Shown: one piece after another, positions 19,902 through 31,141 of the stretch | How the letters are laid out: every line of letters begins with the position of its first letter | Position numbering within the stretch: the first letter of the stretch is position 1 | Assembly: GCA_017468865.1 (NCBI GenBank) | Contig: JAFUHM010000054.1 | Coordinates: 3,252-67,251, forward strand | Origin: Oscillospiraceae bacterium | GTDB lineage: Bacteria > Bacillota > Clostridia > Oscillospirales > Ruminococcaceae | Length of the DNA: 64,000 bases | Direction: 5' to 3' | Notes under the pieces: model-generated | Seen by the model: only the letters and a program-made list of their open reading frames with translations | Told to the model about the DNA's origin: nothing | Databases searched by the model: none | Translations under genes and position numbers: made by a program

Positions 19902-21640
19902 ATACAGTCTATTCCATAAACGGACCCGTTGTGAAGGTGCGGGATACTTCCGACTTCTCCATGCTGGAAATGGTATATGTGGGCAAGGACGAGCTTATCG
20001 GGGAGGTCATCGGCGTCACCGCACAGGAGACGACCATACAGGTGTATGAGGTCACGACGGGTATGCAGCCCGGTGAGCCTGTAAGGGGGACGGGTGCGCC
20101 TGTATCGGCTGTGCTGGGCCCCGGCATAATCTCAAATATATTTGACGGCATCGAGCGTCCCCTGCAGGATATAGCAGCCATCGACGGAGCATTTATTTCC
20201 GCAGGCATCCGGGTGGAGAACCTGGACGGCAGGCGCAAATGGAAGGTCACTCTGAAGGTGGCCGAAGGAGATGAGGTGACGGGCGGTCAGATATATGCTG
20301 TGTGCCCCGAAACGAGCGTGATAGAGCATCGCTGCCTTATCCCTCCCTATATGGCGGGAAAGGTCACGTTTGCCGCTCCTGACGGGGAATATACGGTAAA
20401 CGATCATATCATCACCGTTGCTGACGGGAATGGTGAGGAGCATGAACTGACCCTCTGTCAGAAGTGGGCGATAAAGACACCCAGACCATTTGCAAGGAGA
20501 CTTCCCATAGACAGGCCCCTTGTGACGGGACAGAGAGTCATAGACAGCGTGTTCCCCATTGCAAAGGGAGGAACTGCCGCTATCCCCGGCGGATTCGGCA
20601 CGGGCAAGACCATGACGCAGCATCAGCTCGCAAAGTGGTGCGATGCGGATATCATCGTATATATCGGATGCGGAGAGCGTGGGAACGAGATGACTCAGGT
20701 GCTTGAGGAGTTCTCCGGACTTATCGACCCCAAGACCAACCGTCCCCTTACCGACCGCACCGTGCTTATCGCAAACACATCGAATATGCCTGTGGCTGCC
20801 TGTGAAGCGTCCATATATACGGGTATCACCATTGCGGAGTATTACCGTGACATGGGCTACCATATAGCTATCATGGCGGACTCGACTTCACGCTGGGCGG
20901 AGGCTCTGCGTGAGATAAGCGGCAGACTGGAGGAAATGCCCGCAGAGGAAGGCTTCCCTGCATATCTTCCTTCGAGGCTGGCGGCATTCTATGAGCGTGC
21001 AAGCTATGTGGAGACTCTGTGCGGCACGGAAGGCTCGGTCACGGTCATAGGGGCTGTATCTCCCCAGGGCTCGGACTTCTCCGAACCTGTGACACAGAAT
21101 ACGAAGAGATTTGTCCGCTGCTTCTGGGCGCTCGACAAGTCCCTTGCATATGAGAGACACTATCCCGCTATCAACTGGAATGACAGCTATTCCGAATATA
21201 CGGACGATCTGACAGGATACTACTATGACAACGTGGACAAGGAATTCATGCCCTGCCGTCAGAGGATAGCGGCTATGCTGTCGGCGGAGAACAAGCTGAT
21301 GGAGATAGTCAAGCTGATAGGTTCGGACGTGCTTCCCGATGATCAGAAGCTGGTGATCGAGACTGCCCGTGTGATAAGAGTGGGATTTCTTCAGCAGAAC
21401 GCATATCACAAGGATGATACCTATGTGCCGCTGGAGAAGCAGTTCCGCATGATGAGCACGATACTCAAGCTCTATGATGAGGCAGCCGCAGCCATTGCGG
21501 GAGGCAGGGTGTTCTCGGATATACAGGCGACGGGTATATTTGACACCGTTGTCAAGATGAAATACGACATTCCCAATGACAGGCCTGAGATGTTCCACGA
21601 ACTTCAGGCGAAGATAGAACAGGCTGTCAGGGGCGAGTAG
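19898..21640 (+). CDS. ntpA: V/A-type ATPase catalytic subunit A
   Basis: [47 protein letters not shown]. Confidence 0.97.
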   Translation: MNTVYSINGPVVKVRDTSDFSMLEMVYVGKDELIGEVIGVTAQETTIQVYEVTTGMQPGEPVRGTGAPVSAVLGPGIISNIFDGIERPLQDIAAIDGAFISAGIRVENLDGRRKWKVTLKVAEGDEVTGGQIYAVCPETSVIEHRCLIPPYMAGKVTFAAPDGEYTVNDHIITVADGNGEEHELTLCQKWAIKTPRPFARRLPIDRPLVTGQRVIDSVFPIAKGGTAAIPGGFGTGKTMTQHQLAKWCDADIIVYIGCGERGNEMTQVLEEFSGLIDPKTNRPLTDRTVLIANTSNMPVAACEASIYTGITIAEYYRDMGYHIAIMADSTSRWAEALREISGRLEEMPAEEGFPAYLPSRLAAFYERASYVETLCGTEGSVTVIGAVSPQGSDFSEPVTQNTKRFVRCFWALDKSLAYERHYPAINWNDSYSEYTDDLTGYYYDNVDKEFMPCRQRIAAMLSAENKLMEIVKLIGSDVLPDDQKLVIETARVIRVGFLQQNAYHKDDTYVPLEKQFRMMSTILKLYDEAAAAIAGGRVFSDIQATGIFDTVVKMKYDIPNDRPEMFHELQAKIEQAVRGE

Positions 21641-21648
21641 GAGGGACT

Positions 21649-23067
21649 ATGGCTGTACAGTATCTTGGATTAAAGGAGATAAGCGGCTCCCTCATCGCTC
21701 TTGACCATGTGAAGGATGTCGCCTACGATGAAGTGGCGCAGATAAAGCTGAGCGACGGCACCGTGAGGACGGGAAGAGTAGTCGAGGTGGACGGCGAGCG
21801 TGCGGTGCTCCAGGTGTTTGAGGGAACGAACGGTCTTTCGCTGGAAAACACACGCACCACCTTTACGGGCAGACCTATGGAAATGGCGCTGTCGGAGGAT
21901 ATACTCGGACGTGTGTTCTCGGGCGCAGGCGAGCCCATCGACGGGCTCGGGGATATATATGCGGAAAAGTATATCGATATAAACGGCAGACCTCTCAATC
22001 CTGTTTCCCGTTCGTATCCCAGAAACTACATCAACACGGGCATTTCATCTGTGGATGCGCTGATGACCCTGATAAGAGGGCAGAAGCTGCCTATATTCTC
22101 GGGATCGGGACTTCCCCATAACAAGCTGGCGGTGCAGATCGTGCGTCAGGCCAAGATAGCGGATGAGACGGGGAGCGACTTTGCGGTGGTGTTTGCCGCA
22201 ATGGGCGCAAAGAATGACGTGGCGGACTACTTCCGCAGATCCTTCGAGGAGAGCGGAGTGCTCTCACGAGTGGTGATGTTCCTCAACCTTTCGGACGATC
22301 CCATCATAGAGAGGATACTTACCCCGAAGTGCGCACTTACCGCTGCGGAGTATCTGGCATTTGAGAAGAATATGCACATCCTCGTTATCCTCACGGACAT
22401 GACAAGCTACGGCGAGGCGCTCCGTGAATTCTCCTCATCAAAGGGAGAGATACCTGCAAGAAAGGGATACCCGGGCTACCTCTATTCGGACCTGGCATCG
22501 CTCTATGAGCGTGCGGGCATCGTGGAGGGGTCGGAGGGCAGCGTGACCCAGATACCCATACTCACCATGCCCAATGACGATATCACCCATCCCATGCCCG
22601 ACCTTACGGGATACATCACGGAGGGGCAGATAGTCCTTGACCGCTCACTTGCGCAGAAGGGCATATATCCGCCTGTTTCCGTGCTCCCGTCCCTGTCAAG
22701 ACTGATGAAGGACGGCATAGGCGAGGGCTACACGAGGGCGGATCACTCGGACTGCGCAAACCAGCTCTTTGCGGCATACGCAAAGGTGCAGGATGCACGT
22801 TCGCTGGCATCGGTCATCGGCGAGGATGAACTGTCGCCTCTGGATAAGGCTTATATGCACTTCGGGGAGCTGTTCGAGAAATACTTCCTGGGGCAGGGCT
22901 TTGATGAGGACAGGACCATAGATCAGACACTTGATCTGGGGTGGACGATACTTTCGGCACTTCCCCGAAATGCCCTTGACCGTGTCAATGACAGGCTGCT
23001 CGATGAAAAATACGATCCCGAAGCCGCACGGCGGCTCGAGGAGACCGGGGTGATAGATCTTGGCTGA
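21649..23067 (+). CDS. ntpB: V/A-type ATPase subunit B
   Basis: [55 protein letters not shown]. Confidence 0.97.
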   Translation: MAVQYLGLKEISGSLIALDHVKDVAYDEVAQIKLSDGTVRTGRVVEVDGERAVLQVFEGTNGLSLENTRTTFTGRPMEMALSEDILGRVFSGAGEPIDGLGDIYAEKYIDINGRPLNPVSRSYPRNYINTGISSVDALMTLIRGQKLPIFSGSGLPHNKLAVQIVRQAKIADETGSDFAVVFAAMGAKNDVADYFRRSFEESGVLSRVVMFLNLSDDPIIERILTPKCALTAAEYLAFEKNMHILVILTDMTSYGEALREFSSSKGEIPARKGYPGYLYSDLASLYERAGIVEGSEGSVTQIPILTMPNDDITHPMPDLTGYITEGQIVLDRSLAQKGIYPPVSVLPSLSRLMKDGIGEGYTRADHSDCANQLFAAYAKVQDARSLASVIGEDELSPLDKAYMHFGELFEKYFLGQGFDEDRTIDQTLDLGWTILSALPRNALDRVNDRLLDEKYDPEAARRLEETGVIDLG

Positions 23068-23686
23068 TCAGGTATTCCCCACGAAGGGCAATCTGCTGAA
23101 GATAAAGCGTTCGCTTTCCCTGGCAAGGACGGGATATGAACTGCTCGACCGCAAGCGCAATGTCCTGATAAGGGAGCTTATGACGATGGTGGCGGAGGCA
23201 AAGAAGCTCCGCTCCTCCATAGCGCAGACTTACAAAAGCGCATATGATGCCCTTGCCCGTGCCAACATCACCCAGGGCATAATAAGCCGCACGGCGGAGG
23301 GCATCCCCATAGATGATTCCGTGTCGGTGACGATGCGCTCCGTCATGGGATGCGAGATACCCCGTGTGGATACGGCGCCCCATGAGATGTCGATACCCTA
23401 CGGCTTCGGCAACACGGATGAGAACGTGGACATCGCCTATTTTGCCTTCAACAGGGTGAAGGAACAGACTGCCCGGCTTGCAGAGATAGACACGGGCGTG
23501 TTCAGGCTCGCCCTTGCCATAAAGAAGACGCAGACCCGTGCAAATGCACTGAAGAATATCGTTATCCCGCGGTATGAGTCGAACTACCGCTTCATATCCG
23601 ACAGCCTTGAGGAAAAGGAACGTGAGGAGTTCTCACGTCAGAAGGTCATCAAGCGGCAGAAAGAGAAACGATACAAAGTAAAATAA
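23060..23686 (+). CDS. ntpD: V/A-type ATPase subunit D
   Basis: [45 protein letters not shown]. Confidence 0.95.
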   Translation: MADQVFPTKGNLLKIKRSLSLARTGYELLDRKRNVLIRELMTMVAEAKKLRSSIAQTYKSAYDALARANITQGIISRTAEGIPIDDSVSVTMRSVMGCEIPRVDTAPHEMSIPYGFGNTDENVDIAYFAFNRVKEQTARLAEIDTGVFRLALAIKKTQTRANALKNIVIPRYESNYRFISDSLEEKEREEFSRQKVIKRQKEKRYKVK

Positions 23687-23754
23687 ACATATGCACAAAC
23701 AGGACTTGGCATACAACGCTTGTCAGGTCCTGTTACCGTATAGGAGCGGCGAAT

Positions 23755-24213
23755 ATGGACAGATTCATGAAAGCGGCGATAGATGAGGCTCGCTCGGGCA
23801 TACAGGCACATCACGGCGGCCCCTTCGGAGCGGTGGTGGTCAGGGACGGTGAGATCATCGGAAGGGGTCACAATTGCGTGCTCAGGGAGAACGACTCCAC
23901 ATGGCACGGCGAGATCGCAGCTATCCGTGATGCGGAGAGAAACATCGGCTCATACGACCTGTCGGGATGTGAGATATACACCACGGGAGAGCCGTGTCCA
24001 ATGTGTCTGTGTGCGTGCCTGTGGGCGAATATAGGGCATATCTTCTACGGATGCACCATTGAGGACAATGAGAAGATAGGGTTCAGGGACAGGAAGTTCG
24101 ATGCCCTCACGGGCGGACGGGAAGCACTTTCGGGTTACCTTTCCGAGACTGACAGGGATGAATGTCTGAAGCTGTTCGGTGAATACTGCGAAAGTGATGG
24201 GGTAAGGTACTGA
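23755..24213 (+). CDS. guaD: Nucleoside/guanine deaminase (cytidine deaminase fold)
   Basis: GGPFGAVVV, HGEIAAIR, EPCPMC zinc motif. Confidence 0.85.
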   Translation: MDRFMKAAIDEARSGIQAHHGGPFGAVVVRDGEIIGRGHNCVLRENDSTWHGEIAAIRDAERNIGSYDLSGCEIYTTGEPCPMCLCACLWANIGHIFYGCTIEDNEKIGFRDRKFDALTGGREALSGYLSETDRDECLKLFGEYCESDGVRY

Positions 24214-24451
24214 CGACGCAGCCTCCCGAAGCAGGGAATGGGTAAATATTAAGCGGACGGGTCATTATGCTGACGGCACCACCGCAGGGGCAGTGCGGAT
24301 GATCTTTGTTTGTCTGCGGTATTTATGGAAATTGTTAAATTTATATTAAAGGCTGCGGAAAATTTAACCTATATGTACAAAGATCCCCATCAATACTTGG
24401 CGTTTTGCACAAATTAGTTAAAATTAAATATACACAAAGTTTTATGTTTGG

Positions 24452-24482
24452 ACTTGACAAATTTTGGTCAAGTTGTTATAAT
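24452..24482 (+). promoter_or_regulatory. Consensus SigA promoter with an inverted repeat overlapping the -35
   Basis: TTGACA(24454)-17bp-TATAAT(24477), TGn; ACTTGAC-N8-GTCAAGT at 24452-24473. Confidence 0.8.
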
Positions 24483-24679
24483 GTTTATACGGGCAATTGT
24501 TTTTTCATAATCCTTACAGAAAATTTCTGCCGTTTTTTTTGCCGTATCATCATCCTGCTGACACAAAGCGCACCGATGCGGCATCGAGGGGAACGGAAAT
24601 ATAGATCGAGAGACACGAAAAAATATGTATGTCTGAATTTAGGATACCATGTATCCCGTGAAGAAAGGTGGTCTGTCTT

Positions 24680-27574
24680 TTGTCAGGAAACAGAGGTCTG
24701 AAACGGCTGCTGTCCGGTCTGATGGCTCTGGTGCTGTGCTCGGGGGCGTTCGCCATACCTCCCGCAACATCGGCGGAAAACTATGTCATGCCGACTATCA
24801 GCTACACCAAGCAAAAGACCTATGCAGAGTACTTTGAAGATGTCAGGAATGCCCAGAAGCCTGCGGGCGATGTGCTGATGACATATAAGGAGTGCGGCGA
24901 CGAAGCCCAGGTCGAAGTGAAGAACTTCGAGTCGAGAGATGCAGTCGTATGGAGCAATGAAGACGGATATGTGACCTATACCGTCGATGTGCCTCAGACA
25001 GGCGCATACAACATCGAGGCTTGCTACTATCCCATCGTGGGCGGCAATACCACGACGGAGATATCCCTGCTCATAGACGGCGAGAGCCCCTATGACACGG
25101 CATCAAGAATAGAGCTGCCCCGCAGATGGCATTCAAAGACGGCCATCGAGAAGAACAAGAGGGGCAACGAGACACGTCCTCCGCAGGTGGAAGAACCGGA
25201 CTGGGTGACTTCACCGTTCAAGGATGCGGACGGCCTGTTCAACGAGCCGCTGTACTTTATCCTTGAAGAGGGCACTCATGAGATTACCCTCAAGTCCGAA
25301 AGGGCATCTCTTGCGTTCGAGTACATCAAGCTCTATCAGTATGAGAATGCGGAGGCTTATGTACAGCCTTCCGAGGCGGAACTTGCGAAGAATGCCGGCA
25401 CGCCCATGATAAGGCTGCAGGGCGAGAACTTCACGTCTACAAGTTCGCAGGAGCTGTTCCCCACCTACGACAGAGGAAACTACCTCACGGAGGATCACGA
25501 GGGCAATTCCACCGACCCTGTAAAGGAGCGGTACAACACCGTAGGCTCGGATACATGGGATACGTCCGGTCAGACTATCACATGGACTATGGATGTCCCT
25601 GCGGACGGCTGGTATAAGGTGGGCATAAAGGCTCGTCAGGATGATATGCGAGGCTTTTACTCGAACCGCCGCCTCTATGTTGACGGCAAGGTTCCCTCCG
25701 CACCCTTCGAGCAGATAAAGTTCTACTATTCCAACGACTGGGAGATGACGTCTCCCGTGGATGAAACGGGCGCACCTGCCTATATGTATCTTACCAAGGG
25801 GACACATGAGCTCTCCCTCGAGGCAGTCCCCGGTGAGATAGGCGAGTCCATGATGAGGCTTGATGCGGTAGTGGAAGAGGCAAACGACCTCTACCTCAAG
25901 ATCCTCATGATAACAGGACCCAACCCCGATAAGTACACGGACTACTATGTACACAAGGAGATCCCCGAACTCGTAGATTCCTTCACAAGGCTGTCCGATG
26001 CGCTGAGGAGCGAGCAGGAGAGGATAGAGTCCCTGTCCAACTCCACCGGTTCCGAGGCTACCACCCTTGCGAGACTTGCCGATGTCCTCGACAAGTGCGT
26101 AAAGAAGCCCAACAAGATCCCCAACTACATCTCAAACGGTTCCATCAAGGATAACATCGCATCCGTATCTTCATGGATGAAGCAGTACCGTATGCAGCCC
26201 CTTGAGATCGATTTTATTGAGATAGCACCTTCGGATGCACAGTTTTCTCCCACCAAGGAGAGCTTCTTCAAGGCGATAGGCTATGCGGCAAGAGGCTTTG
26301 TAGGCTCATTCTTTGAAGACTATACCGTGCTTTCGGACTCCACGGAGAACTCCGTCATCGTATGGTGCGGGCTCGGCCGTGACCAGACCACCGTTGTAAA
26401 GCAGCTCACCGAATCGGAGTTCATCCCCGAATCGGGCGTGGATGTTTCCATCAACCTGGTACAGGGTACCATCATGGAGGCTGTGCTTGCGGGCAAGGGC
26501 CCTGACGTGGCTATGTTCGTGGGCGGTGAATTCCCCGTGAACCTTGCCATCAGAGGACTTGTAAAGCCCCTTGACGATATGGAGGGCTTTGATGAGGTGG
26601 CAGACAGGTTCCAGGAGAAGGCTCTTGTGCATTATCAGTACAACGGCTCTACCTACGGCATACCTGTTTCACGAAACTTCCCCATGATGTTCTACCGCAC
26701 GGATACCCTTGCGGAACTGGGCATCACCGCTCCTCCCGAGACATGGGACGACCTTATAGATATGCTTCCCGCACTTCAGCGAAAGTATATGCAGCCCGGC
26801 CTTATCCTTCCCGTCAATGTGGGAGGTACTTCCGTCGCTCCCGCTACGGAGGCAGGCCATACCTTTGCCATGCTCATGCTCCAGTCGGGTACGAACTACT
26901 ATAATGATGAGCAGACGGCTACCACCTTTGACTCGGTGGAGGCGGTCAATGCCTTCGACAAGTGGACGAAGTTCTACACCACATACCAGTTCGACCAGGC
27001 ATATGATGCGTTCACACGTTTCAGAACGGGTGAGGCACCCATCGTTATTCAGAACTACAACTCCTTCTACAATCAGCTCAACGTGGCTGCTCCCGAGATA
27101 AGCGGAGAGTGGGACTTCTGCCCCGTACCCGGCACACGCCGTCCGGACGGCACCGTATCCCACGCTGCCAACTCCAGCGGCTCCGGCATCATCGTGCTCA
27201 AGGACTGCGACAATGTTCAGGGTGCATGGGAGTTCATCAAGTGGTTCACCTCCGATGACGTCATGGTGGAATACGGTCAGAACGTAGAGGGCGTTATGGG
27301 ACCTCTGGGACGCTTTGACTCAGCAAATGTCAACGCTCTCCAGAAGCTCAACTGGTCCAAGTCTGACCTTGAGAAGATAAACGCACAGCTCAATGAGCTG
27401 GATGAGATCCCCATAACACCGTCGTCCTACGTTGTTACGAGATCTCTGATGAATGCGTTCCGCTCCGTAGTAAACGAGAATGAGAATGCAAGAGAACAGC
27501 TTCGCTGGTATAACAGAGACATCAACGCCGAGATCGCAAGAAAGCGCAAGAACTTGGGTCTTGACGAAGATTAA
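24680..27574 (+). CDS. Very large extracellular solute-binding protein with N-terminal CBM6/35-like beta-sandwich repeats
   Basis: Signal peptide without lipobox Cys; repeats YTVDVPQTGAYNI and WTMDVPADGWYKV; C-terminal SBP (GKGPDV, MFYRTD, WDDL, AWEFIKWFTS); likely TTG start 24680. Confidence 0.88.
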   Translation: MSGNRGLKRLLSGLMALVLCSGAFAIPPATSAENYVMPTISYTKQKTYAEYFEDVRNAQKPAGDVLMTYKECGDEAQVEVKNFESRDAVVWSNEDGYVTYTVDVPQTGAYNIEACYYPIVGGNTTTEISLLIDGESPYDTASRIELPRRWHSKTAIEKNKRGNETRPPQVEEPDWVTSPFKDADGLFNEPLYFILEEGTHEITLKSERASLAFEYIKLYQYENAEAYVQPSEAELAKNAGTPMIRLQGENFTSTSSQELFPTYDRGNYLTEDHEGNSTDPVKERYNTVGSDTWDTSGQTITWTMDVPADGWYKVGIKARQDDMRGFYSNRRLYVDGKVPSAPFEQIKFYYSNDWEMTSPVDETGAPAYMYLTKGTHELSLEAVPGEIGESMMRLDAVVEEANDLYLKILMITGPNPDKYTDYYVHKEIPELVDSFTRLSDALRSEQERIESLSNSTGSEATTLARLADVLDKCVKKPNKIPNYISNGSIKDNIASVSSWMKQYRMQPLEIDFIEIAPSDAQFSPTKESFFKAIGYAARGFVGSFFEDYTVLSDSTENSVIVWCGLGRDQTTVVKQLTESEFIPESGVDVSINLVQGTIMEAVLAGKGPDVAMFVGGEFPVNLAIRGLVKPLDDMEGFDEVADRFQEKALVHYQYNGSTYGIPVSRNFPMMFYRTDTLAELGITAPPETWDDLIDMLPALQRKYMQPGLILPVNVGGTSVAPATEAGHTFAMLMLQSGTNYYNDEQTATTFDSVEAVNAFDKWTKFYTTYQFDQAYDAFTRFRTGEAPIVIQNYNSFYNQLNVAAPEISGEWDFCPVPGTRRPDGTVSHAANSSGSGIIVLKDCDNVQGAWEFIKWFTSDDVMVEYGQNVEGVMGPLGRFDSANVNALQKLNWSKSDLEKINAQLNELDEIPITPSSYVVTRSLMNAFRSVVNENENAREQLRWYNRDINAEIARKRKNLGLDED

Positions 27575-27588
27575 GGGAGGGTAAGATT

Positions 27589-28551
27589 TTGGCAGAACAG
27601 ACCGCTAAAAAGGAAATTCTGCTCCCTTCGGAGAGGAAAATGAGCCGTAAGGAAAAAAGAGACTATACTCTCCACGAGATGAAGAGGAACTATATGTGCT
27701 ACGTCATGTTGGCACCGTTTATGATCTTCTTCCTCATCTTCACGGTCATTCCCGTTATAATGTCGCTCCCCATGGGCTTTACGAGCTTTGATATGGCGAG
27801 CTTCCCGAAATGGGTAGGATTCCAGAATTTCTACACTTTGTTCCTGGACGACGACGTATTCATGAAGGCGATCAGGACGACACTCATATTCGCAATATTC
27901 ACAGGACCTCTGAGCTATGTCATGAGCTTCATGCTGGCGTGGCTGATAAACGAACTCCACCCCACGCTCAAGACGCTCTTCACGCTGGTCTTCTATGCAC
28001 CGTCCATGGCGGGCAACATCTACTTCGTGTGGCAGCTGATATTCTCCGGCGACCAGTACGGCTACCTCAACGCATTCCTTATGGAGCTGGGCTTCACCTA
28101 TGCGGCAAAGCAGTGGCTCACCGACGGTACTCTCGTGCTCGGATGCGTTATCGTTGTACAGCTGTGGGTGTCCATGGGCGCAGGCTTCCTTGCGATGCGT
28201 GCAGGCTTCCAGGGCATAGACAAGTCCATGTATGAAGCAGGCGCTATCGAGGGTATCAAGAACCGCTGGCAGGAACTGCTCTACATCACCATCCCTTCAA
28301 TGGGACCTTCGCTGATGTTTGCCGCAGTTATGCAGATCGTATCAGCATTCACCTGCGATATCGTGGGACGTACTCTCGCAGGATTCCCTTCAACGGACTA
28401 CAAAGTGCATACCATCATGACCCACGCCTTCGACTACGGCTGGGTAAGATATGAGATGGGCTATTCGGCTGCGATATGTTTCGTGCTCTTCGTGGTGATG
28501 CTCGTGTGCAACAACCTTGTCGGCAAGGTGCTCGGCAAGTACATCGACTAA
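27589..28551 (+). CDS. Carbohydrate ABC permease
   Basis: WVGFQNF; EAGAIEG EAA-loop; YEMGYSAA. Confidence 0.93.
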   Translation: MAEQTAKKEILLPSERKMSRKEKRDYTLHEMKRNYMCYVMLAPFMIFFLIFTVIPVIMSLPMGFTSFDMASFPKWVGFQNFYTLFLDDDVFMKAIRTTLIFAIFTGPLSYVMSFMLAWLINELHPTLKTLFTLVFYAPSMAGNIYFVWQLIFSGDQYGYLNAFLMELGFTYAAKQWLTDGTLVLGCVIVVQLWVSMGAGFLAMRAGFQGIDKSMYEAGAIEGIKNRWQELLYITIPSMGPSLMFAAVMQIVSAFTCDIVGRTLAGFPSTDYKVHTIMTHAFDYGWVRYEMGYSAAICFVLFVVMLVCNNLVGKVLGKYID

Positions 28552-28560
28552 GGGGTGAGC

Positions 28561-29544
28561 TTGATTTTGGCAAAGAAAAGAAAAGATTTGAAGCCTTCAG
28601 AGCTCGCCGCTATGCAGGCTGCGGAGAATGCCGCAGCACTGGAGGCACTGAGAAAGCGAAGAGAAAAAGAGCATAAGAAGATGCTCAAATCAAAGGGCTC
28701 CAACAAGAGAGTCGGCAAGTCGTGGACAAATGACATAGGCATTTTTCTGCTGCTGGCATTCTTCGGGCTCTTCATGATATTCCCTATTTACCTTGCAGTG
28801 GTAAACTCCATCAAGCCCGTGCAGGAAGTGTTCCTCATGCCGCCTAAGCTCTATGCGATGGATCCTACCACGGACAACTTCCGGGATCTGTTCAAGATCG
28901 CCAACAACTCATGGGTGCCTTTCTCCAGAAACATATTCAACTCCGTATTTGTTACGGTAGTGGCTACGGTGCTCCATGTGCTGTTCGCATCCACAGCGGC
29001 GTTCGTACTTTCAAAGTGCCGCTTCCCCGGGAACGCATTCCTTAATCAGGTCGTTGTCATCGCCCTCCTGTTCAACTCCACTGTCCTGTACATCATGCAG
29101 TACATGGTAATGGCTACTCTGGGCATGATAAACACCTATTCCGCACTCATACTTCCCATTATTTCCACATCTATGGGTCTTTACCTCATGCGACAGTCCA
29201 TGACCACCATACCCGATGCCATGATAGAGGCTGCCAAGGTGGATGGTGCAGGACTTATGAGGATATGCTGGGGCATAGTGATGCCCAACTGTAAGCCCGC
29301 TCTCATGACGATAATCATCTTTGAGTTCCAGACAGCGTGGAACGCCAATGGCGGCGGTCTTGTTTACGATGAAGCACTCAAGACCATTCCCGTTGTGGTC
29401 CAGCAGATAGCTGCGGCAGGTATTGCACGTCAGGGTGCGATAGCTGCATCTGCGGTAGTGCTGATGGTACCTCCTCTGCTGGTATTCGTGCTTGCTCAGA
29501 GGAACGTAATGGAAACGATGGCACACGCAGGCATGAAGGATTAA
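28561..29544 (+). CDS. Carbohydrate ABC permease
   Basis: IPDAMIEAAKVDGA EAA-loop; basic N-terminal extension. Confidence 0.93.
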   Translation: MILAKKRKDLKPSELAAMQAAENAAALEALRKRREKEHKKMLKSKGSNKRVGKSWTNDIGIFLLLAFFGLFMIFPIYLAVVNSIKPVQEVFLMPPKLYAMDPTTDNFRDLFKIANNSWVPFSRNIFNSVFVTVVATVLHVLFASTAAFVLSKCRFPGNAFLNQVVVIALLFNSTVLYIMQYMVMATLGMINTYSALILPIISTSMGLYLMRQSMTTIPDAMIEAAKVDGAGLMRICWGIVMPNCKPALMTIIIFEFQTAWNANGGGLVYDEALKTIPVVVQQIAAAGIARQGAIAASAVVLMVPPLLVFVLAQRNVMETMAHAGMKD

Positions 29545-29575
29545 CGTGCAATATCTGAATAAAAAGGGTGATCAT

Positions 29576-31138
29576 ATGTCAGACATGAAAACATCCTTGA
29601 AAAGGATGATTGCTGCGGCAGGTGCGGTAGTCATGATGACGAGCATCGCAGGCAGCGTGTCCGCTATGGAAAGCTATGACCCTTACAGCTATGACCGATG
29701 GGGAGATGCAGTCTCCTCTCAGGTGGGATACAGCGCAGAACGGTTTGTGGACGGCAAGCTCATTGACGGCCTTGCCGCCAAGATAGAGGCTATGGAAGGC
29801 TATGACTATGACAAGGAGGAGTGGAAGCAGCTCCTCCAGCTCAAAGAGCCGCAGGACATCTTTATCGACCACAATCAGCTGATGTATATAGTTGACAAGG
29901 GAAATAACAGAGTTATCGTAACGGACCTTGAATTCAATATGGTGAATTATCTCGATAAGTTCACCTATAACGGCGAAACGCTCACACTGAGCTCTCCCCA
30001 GGGCGTGTTCGTCGATCCCGAGACCGATATGGTGTATATCGCAGATACGGAGAACAGCCGTGTCATCAAGTGCGACTATGAAGGCAATGTGGACAGGCTT
30101 TTCGAGAAGCCCGCTTCCGAGATCTACACTCAGGAACTTACCTTCAAGCCTGAAAAGGTAGTCGTGGACAAGGCGGGAAATGTCTACATCGTTGTAGGCT
30201 CCGTCACCAAGGGTGCGGTAATGTACGATGCGAACGGCGAGTTCCTCGGATTCTTCGGTGCGAACCGAGTAGAGGCTACCGCAGAGATCGTGGTCAACGC
30301 ATTCTGGAACACAATAGCTACCGAAGCACAGCGTGAACATATGACAAAGTCCACCGCTATCGGCTTCGACAACTTTGACATCGACGACGAGGGCTTTATC
30401 TTCACCGTTACCGAGTCCCAGGACGTGGAGACGGATACGGTCAAGAAGGTAAACCCCGAGGGCACCAACATCCTCCACACCATAATAGATGAGGATACGG
30501 TGTTCGGCGACCATAACCCCGCATACTGGTCTATCTACTCCAAGCGTTCATCCATCGTGGATATCGACATCGGAGAGAACGGCTACATCAATCTCCTGGA
30601 CTTCGTACACGGACGTGTGTTCCAGTACGATGAGAAGACAAACCTCATGTTCGTCTTCGGCGGCACAGGCAACCAGCTCGGCACATTCCTTTCGGCAGTC
30701 GCACTTGAATCCTATGACAACAGGATGTATGTCCTGGATTCCCGCAAGAACGGCATCACCATATTCAAGAGGACGCAGTTCGGCGAGATAGTTACGGAGG
30801 CTACCAACAAGTACAACGACGGCCTGTACGATGAGTCGGAACAGCCCTGGCGTGATGTCATAAAGTATGACGGCAACTACCGCAGGGCATACATAGGCAT
30901 CGGAAATGCTCTCCTCAACCGCAACGAGTACAAGGAGGCAATGAAGTATTTCAAGGTGGCTATCTCAAGAAAGCGCTATAACAGAGCATTTGAGGGCTAC
31001 CGTGATCAGCTCCTCCAGAAGTATCTCACACCCTGCGTTGTCATCATCATCGTGCTGGCAGTCGTGATAAAGGTGCTTCAGATACTGGAGAAGAAGGCAA
31101 TAATCACATTCCCGTGGACAAGAAGGAGAGGTGGATAA
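29576..31138 (+). CDS. Secreted NHL-repeat beta-propeller with C-terminal TPR-like region and TM anchor
   Basis: PQDIFID..MYIVDKGNNRV, PQGVFVD..VYIADTENSRV; AYIGIGNALL..EYKEAMKYF; C-terminal hydrophobic helix. Confidence 0.85.
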   Translation: MSDMKTSLKRMIAAAGAVVMMTSIAGSVSAMESYDPYSYDRWGDAVSSQVGYSAERFVDGKLIDGLAAKIEAMEGYDYDKEEWKQLLQLKEPQDIFIDHNQLMYIVDKGNNRVIVTDLEFNMVNYLDKFTYNGETLTLSSPQGVFVDPETDMVYIADTENSRVIKCDYEGNVDRLFEKPASEIYTQELTFKPEKVVVDKAGNVYIVVGSVTKGAVMYDANGEFLGFFGANRVEATAEIVVNAFWNTIATEAQREHMTKSTAIGFDNFDIDDEGFIFTVTESQDVETDTVKKVNPEGTNILHTIIDEDTVFGDHNPAYWSIYSKRSSIVDIDIGENGYINLLDFVHGRVFQYDEKTNLMFVFGGTGNQLGTFLSAVALESYDNRMYVLDSRKNGITIFKRTQFGEIVTEATNKYNDGLYDESEQPWRDVIKYDGNYRRAYIGIGNALLNRNEYKEAMKYFKVAISRKRYNRAFEGYRDQLLQKYLTPCVVIIIVLAVVIKVLQILEKKAIITFPWTRRRGG

Positions 31139-31141
31139 GCT

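Noticed and set aside
22594-22596. Ile to Met in ntpB ITHPIPD motif
   Set aside because: Conservative change; cannot separate natural variation from error
23687-23754. Purine riboswitch upstream of guaD
   Set aside because: Only a single hairpin (AACAGGAC..GTCCTGTT); purine aptamer core motifs absent and the gap is too short
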